Assembly (NCBI RefSeq): GCF_026571515.1
Contig: NW_026853342.1
Coordinates: 186,001-250,000, forward strand
DNA: 64,000 nt
Direction of reading: 5' to 3'
Origin: Ruditapes philippinarum
Taxonomy: Eukaryota
Every line of letters begins with the position of its first letter. Positions within the stretch are counted from its first letter, which is position 1. Positions 63,201-64,000 of this stretch are shown here, piece by piece. The translations under genes were made by a program, and so were the position numbers. The notes below the pieces were generated by a model, which was given only the letters and a program-made list of their open reading frames with translations, did no database searches and was not told the origin of the DNA.

Positions 63201-64000
63201 GCGGTGTAAATAACATCTCGCAATTTGCGTGCTGTGCTCGTATTTTAATCACGTATTCTGGATACAGTATAGCTTGTATCTGCTGATATTCCTCGATCCC
63301 ACATGGTTGATCGTATCGTATGCCAGCTTGATCCAATAAAGCTTTAGCTTCTGCCTCTTGTAACGGTCTGTCCGATTGTCGTATGATATGCCATTTTTTC
63401 TTCCATTCAGCGGTATCTTTTTTCTGAGCGTGGCATATGCCTACTACAATAGCACGTGCTAAACACATACAGTCTTTTGAATTTTTGATTTGAATGATAC
63501 TTCTTTTCACTTTAGTCATATTATCAATACTTATATGTGATCCGAAATGCATATTACGTCGTCCGGATCCTTCAGGCATAGAAATATGTGTTATTTCAGC
63601 ATGCATTTCTCCATCATGAACGTTAAAGCTGTCGTTACTCTGCATAACACGTTCAATTTCGTTGAGCAGCGTTTCCCCTGTCACGTGATTCACATCATCA
63701 AACGGAATATGAATCCCGAATTGTAAATCGGGATGTGAAATCGATATCCGTACTTTGTCTCGAGCTTTAGCACGGCACTGTTTTTTCATCTCCTCCACTA
63801 AGCTGTTGAATAAATCATGCGTAAATTCAAACGGCCGATCATAGCTGTCAAATGTCACATCATATACTTTACTTTGTGTCTTGAATTTTCTCGATTTTCT
63901 TTGCATTCTTTCTTTCATATGATAAAATTGACTGACTGGCCTCTCACCTCCATGTTGATTTTCATGATGTTCATCGCACTGATATTCCTCGCTATTATTT
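60202..64000 (-). CDS. Protein-primed family B DNA polymerase (N-terminus outside the window; one in-frame TGA at 62620-62622)
   Basis: ORFs 62620-63918 and 60202-62604 are in one frame (EAVTEP*IQCDQVPGQRE), which stays open to 64000. Exonuclease motifs YDFE, AHNAQGYD and YCKSD; polymerase motifs YADICSLYP, KTMLNCLWGK and YFDTDS. Confidence 0.93.

Larger units (their letters stand above)
50850..64000 (-). mobile_element. Polinton/Maverick (adintovirus-like endogenous virus), continuing past the window end
   Basis: Intronless, tightly packed co-oriented genes for pPolB, ATPase, rve integrase and minor and major capsid proteins. GC is higher than in the host. The terminus begins AGTAGT at 50850, followed by subterminal tandem repeats. 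Confidence 0.95.

Overview
AT-rich eukaryotic genomic DNA with spliced genes, dense repeats and two N-gaps; the repeat content suggests an invertebrate, probably a bivalve mollusc (inference). From 1 to 50.8 kb it is host DNA carrying: (i) a complete 395-bp non-autonomous LTR retroelement (TRIM) whose identical LTRs contain a tRNA-like Pol III unit (Helenus-type); (ii) a secreted PAN/apple + Cys-rich (EB-like) repeat gene whose 5' half is tandemly duplicated; (iii) a 10-exon gene for a secreted class I cytokine-receptor-like protein (Ig, cytokine-binding module, FN3) that has no transmembrane segment and ends in a trimer-type coiled coil; (iv) a 6-exon METTL24-like methyltransferase gene; (v) many minisatellites, MITEs and SINEs. 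From 50,850 to the window end is a Polinton/Maverick (adintovirus-like) endogenous dsDNA virus with all genes on the minus strand: protein-primed PolB, two unknown ORFs, packaging ATPase, basic core-like proteins, integrase, a small membrane protein, minor capsid and major capsid. Gene models were spliced by hand and family assignments come from recognising motifs; no searches were run.
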